Source: Geosiphon pyriformis uo1
Lineage: Eukaryota > Fungi > Glomeromycota
DNA: 64,000 nt
NCBI GenBank assembly: GCA_016748015.1
Contig: JAAOMT010000484.1
Location: forward strand, 257,443-321,442
Direction of reading: 5' to 3'
Shown here: positions 39,135 through 51,434 of the stretch, piece after piece
Layout: every line of letters starts with the position of its first letter
Numbering within the stretch: position 1 is the first letter of the stretch
The notes under the pieces: generated by a model
The model's input: only the letters and a program-made list of their open reading frames with translations
The model's database searches: none
What the model was told of the DNA's origin: nothing
Position numbers and translations under genes: made by a program

Positions 39135-42088
39135 TCACCAGTCAAGGTTCATCATATCTCCTTTTATTTTTAGCGATTCGTCTATGATGGGCAAGTTACT
39201 CGGGATTTTTGAGGGTGTATCCGTCGCAGCGAACTTAACAGAAAATTGGGGTGACCTCGATTTCGTTTTCAACGCAGATTTAACGATTGTTGTGGGTGAG
39301 GGACCTTTCTTGACCGGGGTTCTTTGAATTTCTTTTAAAGGTTTGAATGCCTGTTCACCCAAGGCATCAATAGGATCACGAATAATGTGTGCACTTTCCA
39401 GTCCCTTAATATCCCCTTCATAATTTGAAATGACTTTATCTTGTGGTGTACTGAAATGATTCTCAGAATCTTCATTCGTCATGAAGTCGATAATCTGATC
39501 ACTAATGACATCGTAAACTGCAGAATTCATTACTCGAGGTGTTTGAACGGGAGTGTTAAAATCAATTTTCAGGGGCAAAGTATCCGGTTTTGGAATCGAA
39601 TAAAATCGAGAACGATTTCCAAAAGTTCCGATCGGAGGAACATGATGGCGGGAAACTTTGGACAAGCTTAGTTCTAGACAATTAGAAGGAATCTTTTAGG
39701 GAAGACGAAGAAAAACCCTTTATTCATGATGCAAAAAATATTTTATACTTGAGGCAGAACTAGAGGAAGTTGTGTTAATGAAACCTTTTGATGATGAAAT
39801 GGATTCCGTTGGTATCCTTTTAACATCATGTTCGTTTGGTTCCTTTTTTTCTCGTGTTATCGTTTTTGTCGTACAAGTAGACGAAGAGACAAGTTTCCTT
39901 ACTATGGAGGACAATCGACGAATAAATTGAATAAATAATTCCCATGTTTTTAGTCTATTAAATAGTTTACCGGTTGCTAAATTGAGTTCAACCATTTCAA
40001 GATCACTTTCATCTCCTTGATCAATTTGTTCTTGAAATGAAAAGGAGGGCCAATGTATTGAGAGGTACTTGACTGGACTAAAATGTATTAGTTAACCATT
40101 TATCCCAGAATAAAATTATGTGATTTGCGTTAAATGCACATTGCTTATATCCTAAAAAACCTTACCTTAATGCTTTATAACTTTGATCATCCTCGGCTAA
40201 TCTTCTTGAAAAGAAGTTGAGTACTTTTCGTATGCGCCATTGCATATTTAAAGATTCAAATATATATTTCCTAAACATCTTGCATATTACCTTTGTTCGT
40301 CTTTTAACTGTCGTATCGATTCGTTAATTTCTTTCAAACGTGCGTGTAAAGAGTCATGAAGGGAAAAAATGCTTTGAACTTGTGATCTTTGTTCCGCCAC
40401 ACAACGGTGGAGACTTTGAATAATGTCAAAAGATTGATAAGGAGTCTTTTCAACTATTGAAGAGTCAAATAGAGTCCAGTAATCATTTTCGGGGAGATTG
40501 GCTCTTGCAAATATATCATTCAAAGTCTGGATAGTTAATCTCCAAATCTTTAACAATGATCTCAAATCCAATTTGCCACGATGGTAAGGAATGATTCTTT
40601 GCTGTAGAAGTGAGCAGGTTCCGGGTACAATAAGTGATGATATATGAAGTGATGGTAAAATCATCAGGTACCAAATACAAAAAACAATCTGATGTAAGTG
40701 TGTGAATCACCTGTTCAAATTCTTTTTCCCATAACTTCATCAAGATATTTGGAATATCACAACGAGGGTTGTTTCCATCTAATCTGTGCTTGTTGGCTCT
40801 ACCATGTAGGATATCCTCAACACTTTCTAGTGATCGTAAAGGTTAGTCAAATTTGACCACCTTTAAAGGGAGAAATATTTGATTTTGATTTTACCAATAA
40901 GTTTATTGTTTTCCGTGATCCATGAGACACATGCATTCCAAAAAAATCGAATGGTTTCCAATTTCTGACGCCTAAGGGAACAAAGTTGCTCGATTGACAT
41001 GGTGTCATGTTTTTCAAATAAATTTCTATTCCGGTAAAATTCGCATCTCTCGCGTTCCAGATCATTCTAAGTAAAGAATATAATTATCGAGAAAAAGTCG
41101 AGTTCAAAACAAGGCTATAGAGCTGATCAATACACTTTGGCCTGTGACAAGTCTAAGACGGTCGATCAATTGGTCTGCCATTTTCTTCCATCTATCCTGA
41201 GATTCTTTGCGGTCTCTAGTGGCTTTTATGAACTTTTCTGTTTGCATTTTAACGTGCATCTAAATGCTAACATTAGTAAGTCTATTGTCATTGAATTTTA
41301 ATGACAACTTCGTACCTTCAATATGGATTTTAGTATTTGAGGCGAGATTTTTCTAAGGGCTTCTTGATCAAGCAAAATAACTTGGTATTGTCGAAATTGT
41401 GAAATTAATATCAAGGCAAATGATTAATAGAGCTACAAATCAGTTAAAATGGAACCTTGGGCGTGCGAGTGGTAATCCCGTTCAAGGATGTATTTGAGCA
41501 CGTAATTGGAAAAGGCCATAATGATTGGATCAAAGCTGCATTTCCAATTATTATAATAGATCTAAAGAAATTGTTTCAATTGAATTTGAAAAACTTAAAT
41601 CCCTTACCGGTCGCCCTGACATTCATCGAAAAAACTACGCCTCAAGACCAAATCATTACTTCCCAAAAGCCCTTCCTTTTTTAACTGTTCTAACCTTTTG
41701 AAAGCTACTTGTCGAAATTGACGACTCTCTCCTGCAGTTTTTACCGGCCAACACCCCGCAAAGTCCTTTTATTTAAGTGAGAATTCATGATATTCTTCAA
41801 AATTACGAGAATTATTAAAGTATATTACTTTATAATATTCAGAATACTGTTACCAACATCTCTGGCTAAGTTAGGATCCACTTTGTCGAATAAAAACCAA
41901 ATAATAAGTTCCATAGCTTTCACATTGTTGACTCCTCTATGAAAAACGTCCTTATCAAAGACAATAGTGGAGTATGTTCCAGTGGCGTGTATTGTAGGGT
42001 TAAAGCCCAACAGAGTTAGATTTGTCCAAAAAATCGAACGCGGACAACAAGCTGGTGGAAATGACTGATCATTGAAAACTATGTTCAT
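39135..42088 (-). CDS. HAUS6: HAUS augmin-like complex subunit 6 (multi-exon; 3' end approximate)
   Basis: N-terminal HAUS6 signature LTLLGFNP...F..N.KAME....FLFDKVD|DFAGCWP....ESRQFR..AF.RL..LKK, then coiled-coil exons and a disordered tail; multiple GT-AG introns. Confidence 0.82.
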
Positions 42089-42349
42089 TGCTACACTATT
42101 ACTTCAGTCACTTCTAGAAAGCAAGGCTGAGAAATGAATAAGTTCTAGGACTTGAAATACTATTTTCAAACTTTTTCCTCGTGGACTTAATTGTTCAAGC
42201 GTCACTTCGTTTTCAACTACGTCACGCGATTGCATGGGACTCAAGCTAAACTGATTGCTCTTATTTTATTCCTAATCCTAGGCTATATTAGCTTTAATCT
42301 CACCCACCATCCCCTACCGCAAAAATTCTTAGCAAATGTGCTTGCAATT

Positions 42350-43779
42350 TCAATCTTTTTTGGGCCAATTCAACCCCTTTTCCTCCAATGTCCAACTCCC
42401 CCACCTTTCCTTCGCTCCATTTAAATATTCCCCAATCATTCCCCTTGTTATAACAATTGCATTTGGGCTACCCCTTTTACACCATTTCTTTAGCCCCATT
42501 AATTTCATTGCCGTAAGGATATCTTTTATGCGGATGCCCGTTTTTTCTGCTAATTCATCAAGGCTGTATGAGACAGTTTTATCGTTTGAGCCTTCACAAA
42601 AGACGCGTAACAATGCTTTCTTCCAGTAAGAGTGATAAGCTCTTAATGCAGCTGATGTTACTGGTTCTTCAGGAGAGCCTACTTTATCCTCTCTGATACT
42701 GAGTTCGTAGCCTAATTTTTTGTGTTTATTAATGAAAAATGAGAATATGAAAGTAAATGAAATACAAATAATACATTATAAAAAAAAAACTAGAAATTTA
42801 CTGAGTTCAATCAATACACTTCCATAACCTCGCTTTTGATACTGTGGAAATACACATATGCAAGCAAGGTTAAAATTCCCGTAGGATATTTTCTCCTGTA
42901 AGCAGTTGAAGATGAATGTTTTTTTTACTAGAGAAAGATTAATATTATGCTCGGCTTATAAAATATAAGAAAAACAGTCATTACTTTCGAGAAATATCCT
43001 GCTGTATGTTCGACACCACTTTGAGGGTCGATAAATGTAATTACGAAGAAACAAAATCTTTCAACGTCGTAACAGATCAATTTACTATCGATCCAATTTC
43101 TTCCAAGGAGGCTTAATAACTGAGCATAAAGTTTTTCCTCAGATCCAGCTGCACCATCTACTGCGTAAATGTATATGGTTTCTTTACTTTTCCCTAAGCC
43201 TTTGTAAATACGTGGTCCAGGAGGAGATTTTCGACATGTTGTTATGTGTCGACCGTATACTCCTCCAGATTTCATGTATTTTAGGCAACGCTCACAGACA
43301 TATAATTTTTGAGCTTTGGCATATTCTTCCGGGTATGGGGACGGATACTGTGTTTTTACAACAAAGTCTCCTAACACAATTTCGTTAATATATTTGACTA
43401 GGTGAGGTTCTTCTACCTTGTTTTTCCCTTGGGTAGATTTTTGTCCCTTTTGATGATGGCGTTTAGTTGAGGAAGCTACTTCTACTTCCCGCTTTTCTCT
43501 TAGTACAGGATCTAATCGGGTGCGTTTAGCTGTATGCCCTTTGTAAACAGACTCAGTATCTCCAGTTTCTTGAATTGGCTCAATCTCTGGTTCAACTTCC
43601 CATTGGGGCCTTTTTCTACCAATTTTACGAAGTTGACGAGCTTCACTGTTGTTGGAAAACGAAGAACCGGGGTATTCTTTGGTAAGATTTTCAGAATTAT
43701 TGGTCGAATCTATATTGTTGACTACTTGATCTAACGCGGGAATCTCCTCTTCGAGCATTCTTTTTTGAGACATTTTCAT
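42350..43779 (-). CDS. MYST-family histone acetyltransferase (divergent); introns 42896-42984 and 42712-42801
   Basis: YPSPYPEEY, C2HC finger LYVCERCLKYM...H...C, AGYFSKEK, FNLACI, PQYQKRGYG..LIELSYELS, GSPE.P, SYW. Confidence 0.92.
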
Positions 43780-44194
43780 ATATTGAAGTCAGAAAATTTG
43801 GCAAAAGGTTTAAAGGATGCTAAATTTAGAGGCAATAAGTCAAAAATGCTACTAACAAATGTCCGAAATATTTCTCAGTCGAAAAAGTATAGGGTGCGAT
43901 TAAAGATAGAACAAGTTGTATTTTACAAGTTGTTAAACTGGGTCTTGTGATTTAATAGGCTAATACGTGGCTAATACGTGTAGCCCAGGCAACAAAGCAG
44001 GGGTTCTGAATCTCGGACGGGCAATATTAACCATTAATTTTTTTTGAAAAAGTATTATTCAACTCCTTTTTTTAGTATATGAAAGCTAATTAACACTCGC
44101 TCTTTAACTGTTATATAAAATCAACCCTTTTTGTTTTCAATGCTCCCTGTGAGTTTTTATAAGATCATTTTCAAAAATCTCTTTATGCCAAAAT

Positions 44195-45164
44195 ATGGGC
44201 GTACTATCCGGAACTGAAATCAAGAGATATTTAGATGAAAAGTACACCTTTTTTATTTGTGCATATCGCTTTTACTCTTAATCTGGGTTGAAACTAAAGC
44301 ACTTCTGTTCATTGAGAAATAAAGGAAGCTCGTGATTGAACCTTTTGACCATGCAAATATTGGAACGGCCAGGCAAATCCCGCTCTTTTTGCACTCACCT
44401 TATCTTGAATATATTAAACCATAAATTAATTCATTTATGATTAAATCTAATAGTGTGGATTTGACTCTAGGTGATGAATTTCGCTATTTCATTCATCATA
44501 ATGGGCCAGTTCCTATAAGTGATCAGGCTGGTGCCAAAGATTATCAAAATTTTTCTCGGATCGTAAGTTATTGTAGATGAAAAGAAAAGCCTGGGGTATG
44601 ATAGATCCGCGGGTTTTTGATTTATAGCGTTTTATTAGAAGTTCTCAAAGTTCCAGTTTACACAATATATTTAACCTTAATTAACATGGAATTCAATTTT
44701 AGTTAAAACTAGAGGAGGGTAAACCGTATTATCTTGGACCAGGACAGATGTGTTTAGGTAATTGAGTTTGTTACCTTTTCTATTTTTATGCTTCTTTATG
44801 GCAAAACCTACACCTTTTGATACAAAGGTATAACAAGAGAACGTGTTCAGCTCCCGCCTACTCTCTGTGCATTAGTAGGTAAGAGGGTATTGTAAATTCG
44901 AAATTATTTTTAAGTAATTGTAATTTTCTTATCACTCCTTGATTCACAGAGGGTCGCTCGCGGTTTGCGAGATTAGGTTTATCTGTTCATATCACAGCCT
45001 CATTCATTAATCCTGGCGTGAATAATCAAACTGTGCTCGAGATTTTTAACGCATCCAGCTTAACATTAGCTCTTCATCCTGGTACAAAAGTATGTCAAAT
45101 GATATTTATGAAAATGGTAGGTGAAGCTGAATATAAAGGTATTTTTAACGGACAGGCTTTATAG
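44195..45164 (+). CDS. dcd: dCTP deaminase (prokaryote-type Dcd, trimeric dUTPase superfamily), 174 aa; exons 44195-44241, 44325-44372, 44454-44562, 44703-44757, 44828-44878, 44950-45164
   Basis: Splicing gives an uninterrupted 525-nt frame: MGVLSGTEIKRYLDEKKLVIEPF...ASVDLTLG...LGITRERVQLP...EGRSRFARLGLSVHITASFINPG...LEIFN...PGTKVCQMIF...YKGIFNGQAL*. Absent from the ORF track. Confidence 0.9.
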
Positions 45165-46889
45165 GTTTCCATCATTAAAACCAGTTTCAAAGGGAAAGAA
45201 AAAAGTGGCAAGCAAAACTTCCTGATAAAAAGTTTAACTAGAGTCTTAATTCCACCAATGAATACATTAAGAAATTATTTACCTTTTTCCAACATATATG
45301 TTATAGATTATTTTAAATTAAGAAATTCTGATTTCTTCTCTACATTTTATTTGTTGAAATGTTTGAATATGCCAATCAAATTTTGATTTTGTAATGTTCA
45401 GCTTTTCATTACATAATAATTTTATCTATTTCTTTTGGTTCAAGCTTTAAACATATGTAATCAATTTTATACATTTGTATTTGATAAATTAGAAAGTATA
45501 ATTTTTTGCATAGCTTTTTTGTTTAATTCATTAAAAAAAACCGAAAATTTTACATAATATTTAATTTTATTAAAGACAAACAGAATAATACAAGAAACCA
45601 ATTTCCAAAAAAATATTGTAAGCTTTTATTTTCTTGTATTTTTAATATTACAATTTAGAAAGTTTTTAAATAAACTACAAAAATTGTATATTAATATTAA
45701 TAACAATTTTTTAATATTCATAATTTTTTATTAAATTAACAATAAAATTTGTCTTTTATAAGTTAATTATAATTGTAAGCATATTGTTTTTATCTTTAAT
45801 TAAACTAATCTTTTTTTAATTTATGTATAATAAATATTGAAAAATTATTTTAAATATATAAAAATAAAAAAAACTTTTTTCTTTCTTATTTTTATAATTA
45901 CAACCAAAACAAAAAGTAAAAAAAACTACACTTTTTTTATATTATTTATTGCTTAAAACAATTGATTTTTTTATTAATAAAGCATTAAAAATTATAAAAG
46001 TTGTTAATAGTATTTTATAGAAGTGTTTTTTTAAATAAAATAATAATTAAACAGTCTTTTGTTGTTTTAAAACCATTTTTTTATCTTTGGTTAAAAGTTT
46101 TTTTTCTTTTAAAGTTTCTTTAAAGTAATTTATCTAAAATAGTCTAAATATGATTTTTGTTTTTTTTTAAAAGTTTTTAAGTATTTAATAAGAAGCTAAT
46201 AACCAAGTTATTTTTTTTTATTTTATTTTTTATGCTGTTTAAATAACCAAAAAATTAAAGTGGCCAAAAAATAATTCTTTCAATTATTTGCTATAGCAGT
46301 AACTTTTTAAAGTATTAAAAAATCTTTTTTTGATAGTTTAATATCTTAAAATCTGTTTTTTTTTTTTATAAAAAATAAAGCTTTGATTTTTTTTGTTTTT
46401 ATTAACTTTATTATTAATTTTGTATTACTAGTATTAATTATAATACTTAATTTTATTTTAAACAATAATAATAGAAACATATTAACTAATTTTAATATAA
46501 ATTAGCTTTTGACTATATTTTTTAATATGTTAATTTTTGATTTATTTTTAAAACAAAATAAAATATGTTTTTACATGTATTTTTAAATAATTATATTATT
46601 AGATTACTTAATATTAAGAATTAAATTGATTAAATAAAAACAAAATTAACTTTTTTTTGTTTTTTGATATTGTTTTTAATATTTAAAAAACAATTACAAA
46701 TTATTAAAGATTTTTTAAATAAATAGTTTTTACTCTAATGCTTAATATTACTTTTAATATCAAATAAACTTAAATTAATTTTTTAATTTGCTATCTGGTT
46801 TTGTTAAATTTAAATTAATTTTAAAAAACAATATAAAATTATTTTATGTAAAATTTGCTTTTGATTTTTTTTATTGTTATTATTAAAAT

Positions 46890-49221
46890 TATTAATAATA
46901 ATTTTTTTTAATTATACTTAAAATTACAAAAAATTAATAATAAACTCTTTGTCTTCTTAATTTTATGACCATGACTAAAACAAAAAATAAAAAAGCTGTA
47001 CCTGATATCTTTTCTAAAATATCTAATAAAAATTTATCTAAAAAAATTCTCTCTGTTGTTAAGGCAACTAAACAGAATGTTTTAGAAGTTTTTTCTTTAT
47101 CCAGTAATTATAAAAAGCTGTCTTTGGTAACTACTGAAACAATTTTCTCATTTTTGGCTGGTCTTTTATCAGTCAAAGTTTTCTCAAAAAGACACATTTG
47201 GATTAATCTTAGTATTGCCTCTACCCTTTCAAAAAATTCAAAGATTTTCAATAACAAATTAGCCAACAAGCTGGTTTTCCCTTCCATAAATTTTACACTA
47301 AGTGCTACTGGCATCTTTTCTTCAAAAAAAATGGTCAAAAAAACCAAAAGTTCAGAAAAGTGAGAGCAGTTGCTTGCCTCTGCTATTGTTGCACCAAACT
47401 CTTTTGTGGTTCTAACTGAGATCTTAGGTGAGATCTTCACTGCATTATTTGGCACATCATCCAAAATAGGCCAAGATTAATTATTGGCTGTGTTGTTAAA
47501 TATGGTGTCTTCTGGCAAATTCTCACTAGTTTTGGAAGCAAAGCAATTATCTTCTGTTGGGTCATCTGTTCTTGAAAACTGGACTGATTAGATGAAAACT
47601 GAATCATCTCTTTTGGTTTCTGGTGTTATTATTGGTGGTGCTTGAAAAACTATTATTAGTCATCAAAGGTTTGCTAAATGAGTGGCTTTCATTCTGGTGC
47701 CTGGTGCTATTATTAAGATTAAATTGGCTTATTTTAAGACTGTTTTTCAGTCTGTACATGGTTTTTTGGATACAAAATCTGTTTTTAAAAACAATATAAA
47801 ACTCTTTTGTGTAGAGTTTGCTTCTTAAAGTTTTTTGAATGCTGTATTTCTGGTTGAGCTTACAAGTTCTATTCATCTTGCCACTCTTAAAATTGCCAAG
47901 TCTTTGGTAGTTTCTAAGTCTGGTTTTTTTTCTGCTGCTATTGTGCTGCATAATGTGTCTTTGGGTGTGTCTGTTGCCAATATTAAGTTAGCTTTTGGTA
48001 TTTTTGGTAAAGTTTCTCATGTTGTATTGAAGCCTACTGGTGTTTGACAATATGTGGTTGTTTACTTTAAAGAATTGAATGCTGTTGCTTCTGCTCTTAC
48101 TCACTGGTTAATTTTGGTGAGCAAAAATAGTGTTTGTATTTTTCTTCTTATCAATCAAAATAAGACAATTTTGTTTCATAATTGGTTTAAGGCCAAGTTG
48201 GTCAATCTTTCTTCTGGCTGTACTGTCTTTAAGATTAGTAATATAATCTCTCAGGTTGGTGGTTAAACTTGTTTCATTTCTTATTTGCCTGATTCTGGTT
48301 ATCATTTCCAGTTTGCTCTAGTTATGTTTGGTTCTCAAGTTAATTTAAACTTTGCAGTTGTTAAGACTAGTACTTTAAGAAAGTGTTATATTTGGTGGAA
48401 AACTCCTGATTGTTAGCACTGCTTTAGGTATTAAAAAGTGGGCTATTTGGCTGTAAACTGCAAAATCTCTCTACTTTTTTCTCTTAAGGCTCTTAAGATA
48501 TTTAAAACACATTTTGTGAATGGTATTTCTTATGCAAAGACTTTTGTTTTTTTGAATTCTTCCAAGTTTTTTTTCTTGATAGCTCTTACTTTTCTTTCTA
48601 TAGTTGTTAGTGATTCTTTGGTGTTTTCTTAGTTGGCTTCTTTAGAGTCTGATTTGGTCAAGCTATTTGCTTTGGTTAAGTCTATTGTTAAACCAGTTGG
48701 TTTTTTGGTCAAATTGTTCAAACAATTTATTAATGGGGATTTGATTTTAAGCAGTAAACTTGGCCTTAAAGTTAATAAAATTATGGTACATATGGATTTC
48801 TTTAATAAAATTGTTGATAAGTTGGGAAGAAAGATGGTTTTTTTAAAAAAAAAAGTGCTATATAGAAGATATTAATATATCTGATGATTCAAAACACTCA
48901 GTTGCTTTGGATGATGAGATGTTTTCTAACTTGATGTTCCTTTGGAAACATGAATCTATTAATGTTAAAGCTAATGCCTTGAAAACAGCTGAATAGCTGG
49001 TTGGATTGGTTTCTTGCAGTGTTACTTTGTTTTTTGTCATCCAAAAGATATTATTTTTGGATAAATTTTCTTTTGGTGCATTAACATAGTATAGCCTAAA
49101 TTGGTTTAAGTAGCTGGTTACATGTAAAAAATATGTAAGCCACATTTAATTTAAGACTCTATGTGGTCATATTGTATTAGATAGTAGTTGGGTCTTACTT
49201 ATTAAACTTTAATAAAAAAAA
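46890..49221 (+). mobile_element. Best-preserved ORF1-only (HAL1-like) non-autonomous retroelement
   Basis: One decayed ORF at 46965-49089 with RRM-like and CCHC regions homologous to LINE ORF1, directly followed by the LINE-type 3' tail and poly(A). No endonuclease or RT sequence. Confidence 0.85.
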
Positions 49222-49406
49222 TTTTACAAGATTTTTTTTAATAACTTTTTGTTTGTTTTTTTTTATTTTTGTTGTATTTTATAATAGTTTTCTTAATATA
49301 TTTTTTAAAAATATTAAAAATATTCTTAGTGTTTTTAGTAAAATTTGTTTTATTTAATTAAAGTCTGCTAATTTATAACAATATATTATTATTTATTTTA
49401 AAAAAA

Positions 49407-50359
49407 CCATGGGAGTGCAAGAACATTTTTTGATGGCTGAGGGCTTGGCTGTGTCTAGCAATACTCGTCATTTTGTTCGAGATGTGTTTAGGTCTGTATG
49501 CAGAGTTTATTGGGAAGTGGGTCCTGGCTGCAGCGTGATTTCGGGAGTTCTTGTTGGTAATGTGAATTGGGTCTCCACCTCAAGTGTGTGGCACCTTGAT
49601 TCACACATGCTCACAGGATTTACTAGTCGGAAGTCAGCCACTTTGCATATGTATATAATGAAAGCCGTGCACTATAGGTTGCCTGTTGCTATCCATAAAA
49701 GGCTTTATAATAAGAAATATTCTGGTGTGCTTTGTTTGCTGTATGATAAGATGAAATTGCCAGATTATGTCTTTACTTGTGCTTAGGATGTAGATATTTG
49801 GAAAAAGGTTTTGTCTAAGGCTTTTGCTTTCTGGGCTTTCTTAGTTGATACCCATAGCTTGTTTCCATCTGCTGTTTCTTGGGTGCTTGATCTTTGTTAT
49901 TCGGATGTTGGCTTGTATTCGATAATATGCAAGAGTTTCGTGCTAAAGAAGTGGTGCGAAAAGACTATTGGGGTTTTTAATAGGAAGGATAAAGCTGTTA
50001 ATTTTGTTGTTGATTTGGTTGGGAGATTGATCAAGTTACATCATTCTAAAGTGTGGTTGTTGAGATCTGAATTAAGAGTATGTATAGAAAAGGCTGGTCT
50101 GGTTGGTAATAGTGGTATGTTGTTAAGTCTTTCTTGTTATGTGAATTCTGTATTGTTAGACAGTGTGATTAGGTTTCTTAGTGTGCTTAAATTTTTTGCT
50201 GTTAGCTTTGGCTATTGCAAGCTTTGTCTTTTTTTTTTTGGTTTAGATAGTGATCTCTGTATTAATATAGGTGTGTAGTGTTGTTTTGTCTGGCCCAAGT
50301 GGCTAGCCACATGTAGAAAATGCATGACTATATTCATTAAATGCTTTAATAAAAAAAAA
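49407..50359 (+). mobile_element. 5'-truncated LINE (ORF2 C-terminus, tail, poly(A)), relatively young
   Basis: WHLDSHMLTGFTS..SA.LH.Y.MKAVHYRLPVA, CLL.D...PDYVFTC; TSD TAAAAAAA at 49399-49406 and 50360-50367; retains several CpGs. Confidence 0.88.
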
Positions 50360-51434
50360 TAAAAAAATTTGTTGTTGTTGTTTTTGTTTACTAATCTGTA
50401 TTAATAAAAAACAATATTAAAATTTTTTTTACTTAACCAAAAAAATATTATTATTTTAAAAAACATTTTTAAGACTAAGTTAATTAATCTTTTTTTCGGC
50501 TATGTTGTTTTTGAAATTAGTAATTTAATTTTTTTAGTTAATAGCTATACATGTTTTATTTTTTGCTGTCTTAATTTTTATTATTGTTTATTGTTATAAC
50601 TTTTAAGTTTTTAAAGATTTTAAATTTAATTGTTTTAAAAATTGGTATTCTATATAAATATTATATTTAATAAAAAACTTTTAAATATTGTTATTGTTAT
50701 AAATATTAAGATTTAAATTATTTATTTTTAGATTTTAAGATGTTTTTTTTTTAAGTTTTTTTTCAAGCTTATTAATAATCTTAAAACTTTTAATTTATTT
50801 TTTATTAGTATAAAGTTTTATATTAAAATCTTTATTTTTTTGGTTTTTTTTATTGTTTTATCTTTGGCTTTATTTGTTATTAGTCTTGTAATTAATTTTA
50901 GATTGAATTTATTAAAATCTAAAATCATAGATTTAACTGCTTTGATTAAATTTATTATTAAACCAATTGATTTTTTAATTATTTTAAGTGTTTTTTTTTG
51001 GCTAAAAATATGTATAAATATTTTAAAATAAAATAAATTTGGTTATTATAAAGTATATTACCAAAAATTTTGCTTAAAAACTTTACTAATTTTAAAACTA
51101 AGATAGAATTTAATAATATAAATAAAAATAATATTAATATTATTAAAATTTTTTTTAAGTAATATAATTATTAGTTGTTTAATAACTTTATAACAAATGA
51201 ATAATTTTAATATTAGATATAGTATTAAAAAAACTAGATTATTTTTATATAAGTTTATTTTTAATAGCTAAAATATAAATAGTTTATTATTAAACTTTTT
51301 TTAATTTTTTTAAATTTAACTTAGTTTATGTTTTAATTAACTTAAATAATTAAGCATATATCAAAAATATGTAATTTATATTTAATTTAAATTTTGTTTT
51401 TAGTATATTATATTAAATAATAATTAAATAATAC

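Larger units (their letters stand above)
45780..51434 (+). mobile_element. Old ghost HAL1-like element hosting younger insertions (46890-49221, 49407-50359, solo LTR at 51435)
   Basis: ATAATTACAACCAAAACAAAAAGTAAAAAA at ~45894 corresponds to MTTTKTKSKK. Colinearity with the younger copy resumes after each insertion; ghost tail at ~51330-51434. Confidence 0.65.

Noticed and set aside
22262-42088. Functional spindle gene cluster (STU1 + HAUS6)
   Set aside because: Separated by ~14 kb of TE debris and unrelated genes; compatible with chance.
44195-45164. Recent bacterial HGT or contamination; dcd as the cause of TE hypermutation
   Set aside because: Five spliceosomal introns and a host-gene context argue against recent transfer. 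Dcd acts on free dCTP and could not by itself produce repeat-specific mutation.
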